NCBI GenBank assembly: GCA_951406725.2
Contig: OX597817.1
Span: forward strand, 71,796,001-71,860,000
Reading direction: 5' to 3'
Source of the DNA: Octopus vulgaris
Lineage: Eukaryota
DNA: 64,000 nt
Numbering within the stretch: position 1 is the first letter of the stretch; each line of letters starts with the position of its first letter. The notes beneath the pieces are model-generated. The model saw only the letters and a list, made by a program, of their open reading frames with translations. It was not told where the DNA came from and searched no databases. Made by a program: the position numbers and the translations under genes. This document shows positions 14,101-29,617 of the stretch, piece after piece.

Positions 14101-14194
<94 letters not shown>

Positions 14195-14195
14195 C

Positions 14196-14263
<68 letters not shown>

Positions 14264-15229
14264 TAGAGTCCTTCAGATCATTATTTGTCTTTCTTGACAA
14301 ATCGCACTTCAGATACATTCGCTTCACTTCTGTTCTTCTTGTTTCACCTCCCTTTCTCTTTCTTTCTCTCTCTCTCCCTCCCCCTCTCTCTCTCTCTCTC
14401 GCTCTCTCCCTCTCTCACACACACACTCACTGTATTTGAACTGCATTCTCTAAGTTCCTTTACTTTTGTAAGTACCTCTTTTGCTTCATTGACCTCCATT
14501 CCATTCTATGAATGTTTTTCATTTTTAAAGCAGATCCTTATAATTAATGATTCTTTTGATTTCAAGTATATTTCTGTCAATTTTAAGTGAACTTCTCATC
14601 GTAATTGTTTCTTTTGAACTTCCATCTAATCAGTTTTGATCCTCTAAATATGTGGCATTGTTACCATACAGCAATAAACACTGCAAGATTTATCAATTCA
14701 ATCGATGCGCTACAGGCGGCTTTTCCGAAGCAAGAGGCACCTATTTGTAAATATATATTTAAATATTGGTCACCAATCTCATTCATATATTTCTGATACT
14801 TCATTTCTATATAATAATCTTTCTTTTCAGTTTCGATAATATTTGCTTCTATTTTGAAAACAAGCCCTTCATAAATAATTATAATTTAAGAGTGTCCTTT
14901 TTCCTCGAGGTATAGAACGAAATCGTTGAAGTGAAAAGCAATAAAGATTGGAGTGAAAACTAATGTCTCATGAAAATAATATTTTGTAAGAAAAAGTGTA
15001 AATTGGAAAGTAAAATGCAACAAAATTGGCTTCAGATAGGGAGAGAGGAAACTGGCGATGTAGAAATCGAAATATGGTTGAAATTAATATAGTGGTAGCG
15101 GAGACAGTGATAGAAGCAGAGATGAAGGTGTTAGTGGTGGAATTTGTCATGGTAGAAACGATGTTTCTGTGTTTGTGTGATGGCGAGATTGGTGGTAACA
15201 ATATTTTTGTTAGGAAACAAGCGAATAAT

Positions 15230-15420
15230 CACAGGAGGAGAGAAGAATCATGGGTGCTTTGAAGTCGCCGAAAATATAAATCTAACCCTTCGTGAGTTTT
15301 GGAAGGAGCACTGGTAACTGCCTGAAAATCATCGATATGGTCTGACGGTGTAACGAGGAGAACGCTGAATTCTGCATGAAGGTGACTGCGGCCTGACTGG
15401 GTATCCGGAGGAGACTTCGA
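15230..15420 (-). pseudogene. Possible AP-endonuclease remnant of a CR1/L2-type LINE
   Basis: Minus-strand frames give CRIQRSP (cf. YRSP) and IYIFGDFKAP (cf. GDFN) at plausible spacing but frameshifted. Weak evidence. Confidence 0.3.
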
Positions 15421-15569
15421 GGAGTTTGAGTCTGAGATATCTGTAGTCGAGGAGTTAGGAGCTAGTGTCATGGAACGAATAAAATTCGTACTGTGAGGTA
15501 TCACTGTGCATATATATATATATATATATATACATATATATATACTTATATTCTTTTATTATTTTCCCC

Positions 15570-15775
15570 TTTTACTTGTTTCAGTCATTTTGACTGCGGC
15601 TACGCTGGAGCACCGCTTTCAGTCGAACAAATTGACCCCAGGACTTATTTTTTGTAAGCCTAATACTTAATCTAACGCTCACTTTTGCCGAAACGCTGTA
15701 TTACGGGGATGTAAACACAACAACACCGGTTGTCAGATGATTCTGGGGTGACAAACAGGGGCACACAAATACATA
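15570..15775 (-). mobile_element. SINE family B, 3' half
   Basis: TTTACTTGTTTCAGTCATTTTGACTGCGGC..GCTGGAGCACCGC (reverse of the family tail). Confidence 0.85.
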
Positions 15776-15780
15776 CACAT

Positions 15781-15812
<32 letters not shown>

Positions 15813-16480
15813 TATATATGTGTGTGTGTGTGTTTGTGTACGTAAATATATATATATGTTTGTATGTATGTATGTCTGCGTGCATTTTTGTCTTTCTTGT
15901 GTGTATGCAAGTATGCGTATATGTTTGAAGTACATGCATAAAAGGATGAAAGTCGGTTTAATAATGAGTTTTTACCATTATTTGCAAATGAGCTGGAAAG
16001 CAAATTGTCTTTTCATTTCAGCTGTTTTGTAATTCTTTTTTTCAAAAAGATCGCATAAATATCTCTTCTCAATTTAGAATCATGACAATTAGTTTTGTGT
16101 CGAGACATATGTCACTTCAAAACACAAGCCAAAGAGACAATATTTATCACATGTGAACAGCAGACAATTTTTTTTAGGTGGTGAAGATTTATCTTTAGTT
16201 TTCTTTGGTTCAAACCGACTTGAGCGTCTAACTCGACCAGCTTTGGACGAACAAAACTCTGTTAAAACATTTGAAGGAATTATTGCTATTGGTGTAGCTG
16301 TTTATTTGATTTTCATTTGAACTTTCCATATTATTTTTAAATTGCTTACACACATTCAGTATATTTTATCGCCTTGAAGTCCTTACAATTGTCATTATTT
16401 CCTGACTTTCCCCATAAACATTATTATTATTATTATTTTTTGTAGACCAGATTTAATATAGTATTTGTATCTTAACCACG

Positions 16481-16980
16481 TGAAGGTGCGTGACTTAGTG
16501 GTTAGGGTATTCGGCTTACTATCACAAGGTTGTGAGTTCAGTGCCCGCTGACGCATTGTCTCCTCGAGCAAGACACTTTATTTCACGTTGCTCCAGTTTA
16601 CTCAGCAGACAAAAATGATGAGTATTTCAAAGGGTCAGCCTTGTCACGTTCTGAGTCCAGCTGGATCTCCCTGAGAATTACGTCAAGGGTACGCGTGTCT
16701 GTGTTCGATCCCACAGCGCAGCACCCTGGACACGTTTTCAAACACAAACTGGTGTCAAATGAAGCATCGACAAAATACAATGTTTTACGTATAGAAACAA
16801 ATCAACTAGAATGTACCTGTAATTCACAGATGCCAACTTGTCCATATCACAGAGACTCAGACTGAACATAAGTCTAAGAATACAAGAATGCGTGGAATAC
16901 TCAACCAGCATGTACTATTATGTGAGTAGACAATTTTGTTAATCGAACAACTAGTAAATCAATCCTTCGAAACCGACGAG
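16481..16980 (+). mobile_element. SINE family C, interrupted by a ~180-bp insertion
   Basis: tRNA-like head TGACTTAGTGGTTAGGG..GAGTTCAG. The body stops near 16703 and appears to resume near 16890. Confidence 0.7.
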
Positions 16981-18004
16981 TGATCTATTCAATATTGTTG
17001 CTGAAGCTGGAGTATTTTTCTGGCGTTAAATCCCGCCACAGTCGACACTGATTTTTTTATCCATCTAAAGTAATAAACGCTTTTTCTGATCATCCACCGG
17101 TTGATCCAAGCCGAGCTACATAAAAATATAAGTACAACAACTATATGTTTCTGCATATATTTACTACGAGCATTACTATAAATATAGACATATAAAATCT
17201 ATTCATTGAGACTGACGAATATTCAATACTGTTGATGTGACTTTTCATTTCTGATTTTAAATCCCGGCGAAGTCGACTTTGCTTTTTATCTTCCAGATAA
17301 TGAACATTACTTCTGATAATCTGCCGGTTGGCCAAAAACGAACTAACCCACGGTAAAAGGTAGTCTAGCCGTGGTTATCCCATCGTCTTCCATATTAAGA
17401 GGGCATCCAGCTCATCCAGTTAGATAAGTTTCAGTTCAAGAGATTCCAGTTTCAATTCATACAGTCTTTTTGCGTATGACTATCGAGAAATCTAATTCAA
17501 TAATCTCTGAAGATGACAAAAATTGAACTGACAAGTTTATCTATCTCATATGGTCAGCTATATAATTCATTCTTGTGTATTAGGCCAAGCAGACTTCTTT
17601 CCATCGGTACACTAGCTGACGGAAAGCTAATTGCTTGTACACGAGAATGAGTTGTTCCCGAATGAAATATATTTCTCGTAAAATTGCTTCCATTTTATGA
17701 TTTTTTTTTATCAATTTAGAATTTCAAGAAAACATATAGAGTAAACTATAAAGATATAATTTTTCAAGTCACAATATTTAAATTATCAATAACATAGTTT
17801 CACGCGTTTCACTCATTATAGAAACTGAAATAGATTAATTTTAAATATGTATCTATACTGCAATAAAAGTATGCAAATATAATTACTGATAAGAAGTGCT
17901 ACATAAAAATCTGCTATGAAATAAGTCTAATAAATTTAGTGATTTAAGTTTAATAAGTAACATATATTTACTACTAAACCTCTATATAGACATGGATATA
18001 TACA

Positions 18005-18290
18005 TTGTTTGTTCCTACTCGAGCCACGCCTGACTCATAGAGCCGGTTTCCCGGTTTCCTTGACGTATAGGTTCCCCACCTGGACGGGACGCCGGTCTGT
18101 CGCAGGTGAGGAAATAGTGAGAGAAAGTTATGGCGAAAGAGTCAGCAGAAATTTGCCATTACTTTCTGTCAAAGCCGCGTGGAGCTTAGGTGATTCGCTC
18201 ATAAACACACACATCACCCGGTCTGAGATTCGAACCCGCGATCCCTCGACCTCAAGTCCGCTGCTCTAACCACTAGGCCATGTGCCTCCA
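18005..18290 (-). mobile_element. tRNA-derived SINE, family D (V-domain-like central motif)
   Basis: Reverse complement has A box TGGCCTAGTGG, B box GGTTCGAATCT, central CCTGCGACAGACCGGCGTCCCGTCCAGG and tail GGAAACCGG..GGCTCGAG. A related head lies at 33770-33856. Confidence 0.8.
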
Positions 18291-19047
18291 CATGGTTACA
18301 TACATATATGTATGTAAACTGTGTAGCCTTATTCCCGTGCTGTGATTCATTATCATATCAAACAATCAGAGATCTTATCCGATATACTGTGCTACATTCG
18401 GTAATAAGGTTGCGTGGCTATCAATAGATATTTGTTCGGATCCTATCGATGAGTCTGCTTCCATTTTCTCTCTCAAGCTGTTATTTATAATGTCTGACAT
18501 CATCATATATCATTATATTGATATATTTATGATATTGCTTATCCAACTTTAATAAATTGTTAAATATTCATGTTTACAAATTTCAGCGTTGGTAGGTTCA
18601 ATAAAGTAGCTCCAGAATTATCTAAAACATTATTGTATCGTTTTATAAATTCTTTTAATTAATTTTCTCAGCTTGTGTTCGACTGAATAAGGACATTGTC
18701 AGAAGTGAAACACAGCAATAATATTAAAAAAAGAACAACAAATAAACTCGAGTGTTCATCTTTTATATTCTGTATAACAAAATAATTCATTAGGAGACAA
18801 TTATCAATCTTAAGATTTGTAGATTGTTCGAAAGACTTGTCATCTTGCAACCATATGGTTTTTGCACTTGTTTGCTACTTTATAATAACTTGAAATTATT
18901 GTAAACAGGTAGGAGAAAGAGATAATTGTAATTAATGGAGAAAACACGACACATTTCAGTTCCATGCACACCTGTACCATCTATCCTCTTTAACACTTTC
19001 GCTTACGTGTCTGTTTGCCAGTCTCTCTTGTATATATGTATGCATGA

Positions 19048-19081
<34 letters not shown>

Positions 19082-19148
19082 TATATATATGTATGTATGT
19101 ATATCTGTACGTATGTATGTTTAAATCTTGCACAACAAATATTTAAAC

Positions 19149-19223
<75 letters not shown>

Positions 19224-19432
19224 TTTCAATTTTGACACAAGGCCAGTAGTTTGGGAGAGGTGTCTAGTAGATTAAATTGATCCTAGTGCTTAACTGGTAC
19301 TTATTTTATCGACTCCGAAAGGATGAAAGGTAAAGTCATCACCGACGTAGTTGAAACTCAGAACGTAAAGTGTCGAAATGCCGCTAAACATTTTGCCCTG
19401 CGTTCTAACGCTTCTGTCCCTCCTCTGCCTTT
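19224..19432 (-). mobile_element. SINE family A, diverged
   Basis: CTGGTACTTATTTTATCGAC.CCGAAAGGATGAAAGG..AACTCAGAACGTAA is the reverse of the family core. Confidence 0.8.
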
Positions 19433-19495
19433 ATACATACGCTAATATCGAACACTGAGAATGAATGCTCAACACAGCATTCTTCGATAAATAAT

Positions 19496-19738
19496 CTTTA
19501 TTTCTGGCTTACCAAGGCTCCCAGTGGTTTCATGTACAGAGGGTCGGCTTAGCAATTTTCAAGCCTGTCACATGGGAATGTAGGTACTCGTCTTCATTTT
19601 GAATGATAACACTATCTAAATCTCACTCCAAATAGATAGGAGATGAGTACCAACGTCCCCATGTGGTATACTTGAAAGTTATTAAGCGTTCCTTTAATAC
19701 ATGAAAACATTAGTAGCCTTGTAAAAGAACAAATAAAG
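19496..19738. repeat. Long imperfect hairpin / old MITE
   Basis: Nested inverted blocks: TTTCATGTA/TACATGAAA, TTTTCAAG/CTTGAAAG, CACATGGG/CCCATGTG, GGTACTCGTCT/AGATGAGTACC. Confidence 0.75.
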
Positions 19739-19762
19739 TGTATGTATGTATGTATGTATGTA

Positions 19763-19796
<34 letters not shown>

Positions 19797-19850
19797 CATG
19801 TATGTATGCATGTATGTATGTTTGTATATATATATATATATATATATATA

Positions 19851-19883
<33 letters not shown>

Positions 19884-19888
<5 letters not shown>

Positions 19889-20511
19889 CACTTTCGAGTG
19901 CTACTGGTTACATGTAACCCAGTACAACCTGTTGCATGGTCGGGCCGTCGGCGACTAAACCGGCAACCCCACCTTGCTTGCTTAGTGAGGAGGGTGTTTA
20001 TTGGACACCCTGCAGGATGAAAAACAAAACCCGTCAAAGGGCGGAGTCAACGGCCATCCAATAAATGTGATTTTTTTTAACGGTTAAGGCTGTACCATGC
20101 GCGGGAACATAGAAATAATCGGACTGAATACCCGATCGCGCGGTTAAACTATTGGGAGTGAAGGACTCCTAGCCTTTGTTAGGGCATCCTTCTAGGAGAA
20201 GGTAACTCAGGTAACATAAAAACTGCGGCTCAGTGGTTACCAATGATGTTGACTTGTTCTTCTTTTCGAATTATGGCTGCTGATGCTTAGTGAGTGGGAT
20301 TGACTCAGTTCACAGCCTTTCCTCACTTTTAAAAAAATCTTCTTGCACAGGCATTGCACGATAACAACATTGTTCATGATTGTTGATGGTGCTGTGAGTC
20401 TCAAGTGAATGGCTGGCTGTAGCCTTGAAAAGCAAATAAAAGTCACATTCGATCATAGCACCACTAATAGTTAAGCTTCGTGCAATGGCCATACTCGATA
20501 ACGAGGGGGCA

Positions 20512-20518
<7 letters not shown>
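19884..20518 (+). mobile_element. Non-coding element with RTE-like 5' region
   Basis: CCTTTGTTAGGGCATCCTTCTAGGAGAAGGTAACTC resembles the RTE 5'-UTR motif (..CTAGGAGAAGG.AAACTC). No RT ORF. Bounded by microsatellites. Confidence 0.4.
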
Positions 20519-20577
<59 letters not shown>

Positions 20578-20771
20578 GTATGTATATATGTATACATCAG
20601 CCGAAATTGCGAGGATGATCCGGTTATTGACTAATGATTAAAGGCTTCGAATGACCCGTCCGTGTTTTTTTGTATCGTCTATCTGGATGTTTTGTTGTCC
20701 CTTTTTGTATCACCTAGTTGTCCGGATGTTTTACATTCTTGTCCCATTTTGTATTTTATTTTATATATATC

Positions 20772-20870
<99 letters not shown>

Positions 20871-20944
20871 CGTCCAATAATACTATACTTGTTCCACGTT
20901 GTCGCGTTTTTGTGTTTTCTCTTTTGTTTTCATGTTTGGATTAA

Positions 20945-21016
<72 letters not shown>

Positions 21017-21019
<3 letters not shown>

Positions 21020-21773
21020 ATTGGCAGGGCTGGCCTGCTAGGTAGCCGGCCAGAATGCTAGAAGAAGATCATCAACGATCAAACTACAAGGGAATTCTCT
21101 AGAGGAAGAATTCAGCGAACACCAGAACCAACTTTGGCGGGCAGGACATATGAAAAATTAAATAAATTGGACTACTGGTTTTAAATTGATATTAAAATTA
21201 ATATTAATTTATCTCCCTCAATTTTTAAATATTTAAATAAATACGTTCCCTAGTTGTAAGCACTATCCGCAGTGAATTATTCACTGCAGCCCTTCGCTTC
21301 AGGAGTCTCTCAGCGCGCCAGAACCAAGACATTTGAAATTTTATTCCCGATGTAATCAGTAAGACTAAGCACGTGTCTGTCTTGACACAGAGAGCTGGGG
21401 TTAGTCTTGCGGTTTGCATCACAAGGACCGAATGTACTGAAGAAGTCACGGACACTTGAATTATGCAAGTAATTCTTTTGTTAAGACCGAAACCGAGGTA
21501 TGCATTTAAGTCTGTTATTTATTTAATTTTTCATATGTCCTGCCCGCCAAAGTTGGTTCTGGTGTTCGCTGAATTCTTCCTCTAGAGAATTTCCCTTGTA
21601 GTTTGATCGTTGATGATCTTCTTCTAGCATTCTGGCCGGCTACCTAGCAGGTAGCCCTGCCAATATACACATATATTTGAATTTTCTCTGACTCCTCAGA
21701 TTTTTTGAATGCTGGACTACTGGTTTTAAATTGATATTAAAATTAATATTAATTTATCTCCTCAATTTTAAAA

Positions 21774-21779
<6 letters not shown>
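21017..21779 (+). mobile_element. HHR-bearing 545-bp unit with terminal direct repeat plus ~150-bp inverted copy (Penelope-pLTR/retrozyme-like)
   Basis: Direct repeat TGGACTACTGGTTTTAAATTGATATTAAAA at 21168 and 21713. 21017-21166 is a near-perfect inversion of ~21517-21668. Flanked by (TG)/(TA)n. Confidence 0.8.
21431..21506 (+). ncRNA. Type I hammerhead ribozyme motif (GUA site)
   Basis: Stem I AATGTA/TGCATT; CTGAAGA 21437-43; stem II (A)GTC..GAC(C); GAAA 21489-92; stem III AC-CGAG-GT; cleavage after A21500. The first stem II pair is an A-C mismatch. Confidence 0.7.
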
Positions 21780-21852
<73 letters not shown>

Positions 21853-22093
21853 ATAATTTAAAATTAATAATAAAAGAGTAAAATTATAAATTCAAATTAA
21901 TCTCGAAACACGTCGGTGGCTAATCAGAGTCGTATTGATTTATTGGTTTTCTCTTTGCCTACGTAACAAAAAATGTTACGGAGATTCTTACAGTTGTAGA
22001 AAAGGAATTTTTAACACCTATTTCTAAATTCGGTATGTGGTGAAGCAATCATCTGACGCCTAATTATAATTATGTTTATAATTATAGAATAAT

Positions 22094-22175
<82 letters not shown>

Positions 22176-22211
22176 CGAGAGCTAGATATATATATATATA
22201 TATATATATAT

Positions 22212-22346
22212 AAGTGGCTGTGTGGTATGAAGCTTGCTTCACAACCACATGGTTCTGCGTTCACTCCTACTGCGTGGCCGCTTGGGCCGACCAAAAGCCT
22301 TGTGAGTCGATTTTGTAGACCAAAACTGAAAGAAGCCCGCCGTATA
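22212..22346 (+). mobile_element. SINE family B, 5' half
   Basis: GTGGCTGTGTGGTATGAAGCTTGCTT..CAACCACATGG..AACTGAAAGAAGCCCG. Confidence 0.85.
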
Positions 22347-22898
22347 TAAACGAAAATATTTGAAAGACAAAGGTTTTCGTGGTTAATCTCTTTCGCATTT
22401 ATTCTATAATTTTTCAATATTCCAGTTGCTTTTACGTTTCTTTCTAAAAAAAAATCATCAAAAAATATTTCGAGTATAAAAATCATATCGAGACAAATTC
22501 TATTTGTTGTATATAGTTAGGTTCATTATTCACCATCATTTTCATAGATCAAATGATGATCATTTTCCCAGAACGATATACTTTTTTAAATTAAATTATT
22601 TCAAAGAATGAATATAAAAAATAGCCACAAATAACGACATGACTAAATGTTTAGTATTTATTCAATAATATTCCAGTTGTTTATATGTTCGCACGTCATA
22701 GATTTTGCCTTTGAGATTTTCAAGTTTAAACATGGAGAATTACATTTGTGTAGTTAAGAACATCAGAGGAGTTACAAGTAGAGTGCAACACCCTAAACCC
22801 TAGGCCACCCGCCTGCACACACACATGAACGTGCGCACATATATACGCATATATCTTCACATACATATATATAGATGCATACATACATACATACATAT

Positions 22899-22954
<56 letters not shown>

Positions 22955-23037
22955 AATCAATTAGAGAGATACAACCCACGTGCCAGTGAATTGGATGTTT
23001 TACACACCCTTTTGCAGGAATTTTTTCTTTGTTACCT

Positions 23038-23084
<47 letters not shown>

Positions 23085-23169
23085 TTATATGTGTGTATGT
23101 GTATGTGTGTGTGTGTGTGTGCGTGTGTGTGTGTGTGTGTGTATGTATCTTTTCTCGTTTTTTGTTATC

Positions 23170-23597
23170 TTTCACTTGTTTTAGTCATTTGGACTGCGGC
23201 ATTGTAGTGTACAACCTTGAAGAATTTAGTCGAACAGATCGTCGCCAGTACTTATTTTGAAGTTTCACAGTGATTCTATCGGTCTCTGTTTCTGAAAAAC
23301 TAATTTACAGGGACGTAAATAAACTTACACAAAGATACACACCTACATTATGAACTATCCCGTCGTTAAGCGGAGGAAAGTTTCACGGATTCTTGCTGAA
23401 CAACCAGCACAGACGATATGTTTGTAGTGATCAAATGCTCGTGTTTCAATAAGCTCACACCCTCCATGAAATCGACGTTGGCTTCACAAGTGCACGGTGT
23501 ACCTCATGTCATGTTTTGACATAGTCGCAGAGTAATGCGAAATGAAGTGTTTTCTTTTAGAAAACAACGCGCCGCCCGGTGCAGGTATCTAACCCAC

Positions 23598-23600
<3 letters not shown>
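23170..23600 (-). mobile_element. Adjacent decayed SINE fragments (family B tail and family C-like)
   Basis: TTCACTTGTTTTAGTCATTTGGACTGCGGC.. then ..GAAATGAAGTGTTTT..ACAACGCGCCGCCCGG..AACCCACGATC. Confidence 0.6.
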
Positions 23601-23659
<59 letters not shown>

Positions 23660-23729
23660 CTATAAACACTGCCTCCACCACTGCTACCACCATTACCGCC
23701 ATCACCACTACAACCAACACCAATACTGA

Positions 23730-25277
23730 AAACAATTTTGCCGCAGCTTTAAAGCTAAAGGAAAAAAAATCATGTGCTTTTTCAAGGAAGAACTGCTTGC
23801 CTGTAAAGCAATGTTTAAAAAAACATCAGCATATAACTACAGACACCACAATATATCATGGAAAAAATTACAAAAAATCCCCAATTATTTACTGGACACT
23901 CAACCTAAAAAGAAGGCTATACGAAAGGGCCACCCAAGAAAATGTAGAAAAACGTTTAAGGCTCATATGGGCCTTTAAAGACTACGTCACGAGGGGAAAC
24001 AGATTTGCCACGATCGAAGTTCGACTCGATAGCGAAGAAAGAGCCAAGGACCTCTCCACAAAGTCCCTCTAATTTGAAAAATTACTGATGATCCCTACAT
24101 ACCTTGGTCGTAGGGTCACAAAAATAAAAATAAAGAATGTGCCTCCTGAAATAGAAATAAAATGGCTCGTGTCTGACATTTGTTATGACATCAAGGATGA
24201 AATCCATATCTTGGAAATCGCTGTCCTGGACCAGCAAAACTGAATTGGCCAAGAAGTTGACATTCTTGCTCAAATTGGTCCGATGAATTTCGAAAAAAAT
24301 TCCACATCGAATCCAATTGACAGAGGATTCAATTTTGCATGTGGCCGTCGAAGGCAGAAAGCCACCTTGCTACGTTTGTAATAGCAAAGCACACTTACAA
24401 ATTAATTACCCGCTAGCACAGGAACAACAACAACAGCAACAACAACGACAACAACAAGATCACGAAAAACAACACCTACAAGTAAACCAAAAACCAAGCA
24501 AAAGACCAGCACTGCTACCCATACTACCATATGCACAACTAATTAAATAGCTCTACAAACACATGAAGGAACATCAGCAACCAACAAGTCAGCCCAACCA
24601 AACAACACCACCGCCAGCGCCACCAAAAACAGAAACAACACCATCATCACTACCGCCACCACCACCAACAACAACAATAACAACAACTTCAAAGGAAGAA
24701 GAGAAAACCAAAATGTCTCATATCCCCCCAAATCCTATACACCACACACCAACTGTCACCACGCGGCACCAACACTAACAACAAAGTCAACTTACTCAGA
24801 AATAGATTCCAGTACTCTTCCCCTCCCACCTTCTGATTACTCCGACGTGTCATCAGATGAAGACGACACAGAGGATTGGCAAGTGGCCACCTGAGGAAGA
24901 AGAAAAAGGGGGAAAAGAATAGTGAAATAAACAAAGCAGGGAGGTTTACCAGTTTCGGAACCAAAACACCCGCAGAAAATAAAATCAACACAAGCACATT
25001 AACACCAAATCCCACAACAATGTTGACAGCCATAAACACCAACAATCCAGATCTAATGAGATACATTAGGTCAAACACCAACATAACAGAAAATGATACA
25101 AAAACAAAGAATCAGCCACGCACAACACATTAAAATCATACACGTAACACAGAACACACACTGCACCCTGAAATCTCTCTACCTGGAGATTTCAAAAATA
25201 CCTGTCTTAAAAACTATACAAAAATCTTCTGGGAGAAGACTGTGAGGTGAAGAACAAAAAAGTTCGGACAGTAAGTG
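23730..25277 (+). mobile_element. Decayed ORF1(gag)-only L1/Tx1-type element
   Basis: Broken frame: YVTRGNRFATIEVRLDSEERAKDLST..PTYLGRRVTKIKIKNVPPEI..VAVEGRKPPCYVCNSKAHLQINYP (RRM-like plus zinc knuckle), then a Q/P/T-rich tail. No APE or RT follows. Confidence 0.7.
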
Positions 25278-25523
25278 ACTCTCTCTCTCTCTCTCTCTCT
25301 CTCTCCTACTCTTTCGTTTTCCTTTCGTGTGTAAAACGCAACTTTCGATAGGAACATGCTCAAAATAGGCAGTATAAGCCCGACTGTTCGAAACAACTGC
25401 TGTTCGGTCTGTCAGAAATGCCCCCTCTCGTCACACACACGCACACACACACATACACGCACACACACGTACACACACACACATGCACTCACATCCGCAC
25501 ACATCCACGCAAAAGTCTTTTAT

Positions 25524-26008
<485 letters not shown>

Positions 26009-26017
26009 TATTTATAT

Positions 26018-26079
<62 letters not shown>

Positions 26080-26089
26080 GAGTGTGTTT

Positions 26090-27560
<1,471 letters not shown>

Positions 27561-27596
27561 ATGGTTGCCCCCAAGATGTAGCAAAACACACTCCTG

Positions 27597-27725
<129 letters not shown>

Positions 27726-28333
27726 TATTCGTCAAAGGTATTTCAAAGAGACAAAACCGGTTATAAGTTAAATAAAAAAAGGAAGATGCTTGAAAAGTGA
27801 GCTGCAGGAATAAGAAAGACATTTTTCAGCAGAAAATTGATTGCATTAAAGGTAAAAATTGGGATTTAGAAAACTTAATAACAGATAAAATCATAAATGA
27901 TGTCTTCCAGTATTGCAAAATTTCACGGTAACCGATGTTTTTATACTTATTCAATATAAAACACATTAAACATATGGAATGCATTTCATACACAGCACTT
28001 TCACAAAACTAAGATCTAATAAAATATCGATGCTAAATGCATTGGAAGAAATTTCCAGAAGAGGCTCCGATTCAGCAGGTAATGAGATCACATTTTAAGC
28101 AATATAGAAAATATGGAATATTAGTATAAATCACTAACATGCATTACGAAAACATACAGGACACCTCATTATAATTTATATCCTCATTAGGATTTGATAT
28201 CTCATTATAATCTAAACCTCATTATAATTTAATATCACACTGATTACAAATATTTTTCACGCTCGTTATCTGCTGAACTGTTAAATAAACAAATACTTTC
28301 GTCATATTTGTGAGATATTATTTTGTTTTACCG

Positions 28334-28410
<77 letters not shown>

Positions 28411-28442
28411 ACACACATACACACACACACACATCTATATAT

Positions 28443-28694
28443 AATACCTTTCAGCAGATTCGAACGTGAATATTCTAATCGTTATTGTGTTTCGTGCCCT
28501 TCAGGCACATGTAACTTCGATTGAGGAGACACGACCAGGTCGAAATACGACAGTTCGTATCGTTAGAAAGGGGCTTTGGCCCCTTTCTAACTATAAATTG
28601 AGGTTGTTATGAACTCACATCTACTGAACGATGAAGGTGTTCTACGATATGACAAGGATTAGCATATTCACGCACGAATCTGCCGGAACGTATT
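28443..28694. repeat. Degenerate fold-back with a perfect 13-bp central hairpin
   Basis: GTTAGAAAGGGGC-TTTG-GCCCCTTTCTAAC (28562-28591). Outer arms GCAGATTCG..CGTGAATAT / ATATTCACG..CGAATCTGC. Confidence 0.75.
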
Positions 28695-28812
28695 AAGAGT
28701 ATAGATATACGTGAACACGGTAATCTCTTATTATAATTCATTATAATTGCAAATGTCTGAATATAGGTCTATACACAAACACACACACACACACATCCAC
28801 ACAATTCTATTA

Positions 28813-29370
28813 TTCTTTTACTTGTTTCAGTCATTTGACTGCGGCCATGCTGAAGCACCGCCTTTAGTCGAACAAATCAACCCCAGGACTTATTCTTTTG
28901 TAAGCCTCTTTTTGCCGAACCTCTAAGTTACGGGGGATGTAACACACCAGCATCTACTGTCAAGCGATGATGTGGGGACAAACACAGACATACAAACATA
29001 TACATACATACATATATATGTATGTATATGTTTGTGTGTCTGTGTTTGTCCCCATATCATCACTTATATATATATCTATATATATATATATATATATTTA
29101 GTTAATCCAAACAAGAAAACACAAAAAAACACAGCAACGCGAGGACGTGGAACAAATAAAGTATTATTGGACGCTCAGGAAAGAAGGGAAGAAGGAGGGT
29201 TTAACGTTTCGAGCGAAGGAAAGATCCCGAGAAGGGAAGACAGGAAAAAAATGCTGGTGAAGCTCACAAGGTCACAAATATATATACGACGGAGTTTTTC
29301 AGTTTCATTCTACAAACTCACAAGACTTTGGACACATATACATACATACATACATACATACATACATACA

Positions 29371-29405
<35 letters not shown>

Positions 29406-29510
29406 GTATGTATATGCTTCTGTGTCTGTGTTTGTCCCCACATCATCACTTATATATATACGACGGAGTTTTTCAGTTTCCGTCTACAAACTCACAAGAT
29501 TTTGGACACA
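28813..29510 (-). mobile_element. SINE family B with local duplication and an inserted Penelope-like tail (29100-29278)
   Basis: SINE tail 28813-28990. Blocks GTGTCTGTGTTTGTCCCCA..TCACTTATA and ACGACGGAGTTTTTCAG each occur twice. The insert is homologous to 37600-37765 and 20870-20945. Confidence 0.7.
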
Positions 29511-29534
29511 CACACATATACATACATACATACA

Positions 29535-29617
<83 letters not shown>

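Noticed and set aside
18215-18290. tRNA-like sequences (also 8725-8798, 16481-16550)
   Set aside because: A and B boxes are present but they run into SINE bodies and lack a proper acceptor stem, so they are SINE heads and not tRNA genes.
28519-28566. Hammerhead-like string TTGAGGA-GAC..GTC-GAAA-TACGA-CAGT-TCGTA-TC
   Set aside because: Stems II and III fit, but C3 is absent and no adjacent stem I forms. It lies in one arm of a fold-back whose other arm lacks the motif.
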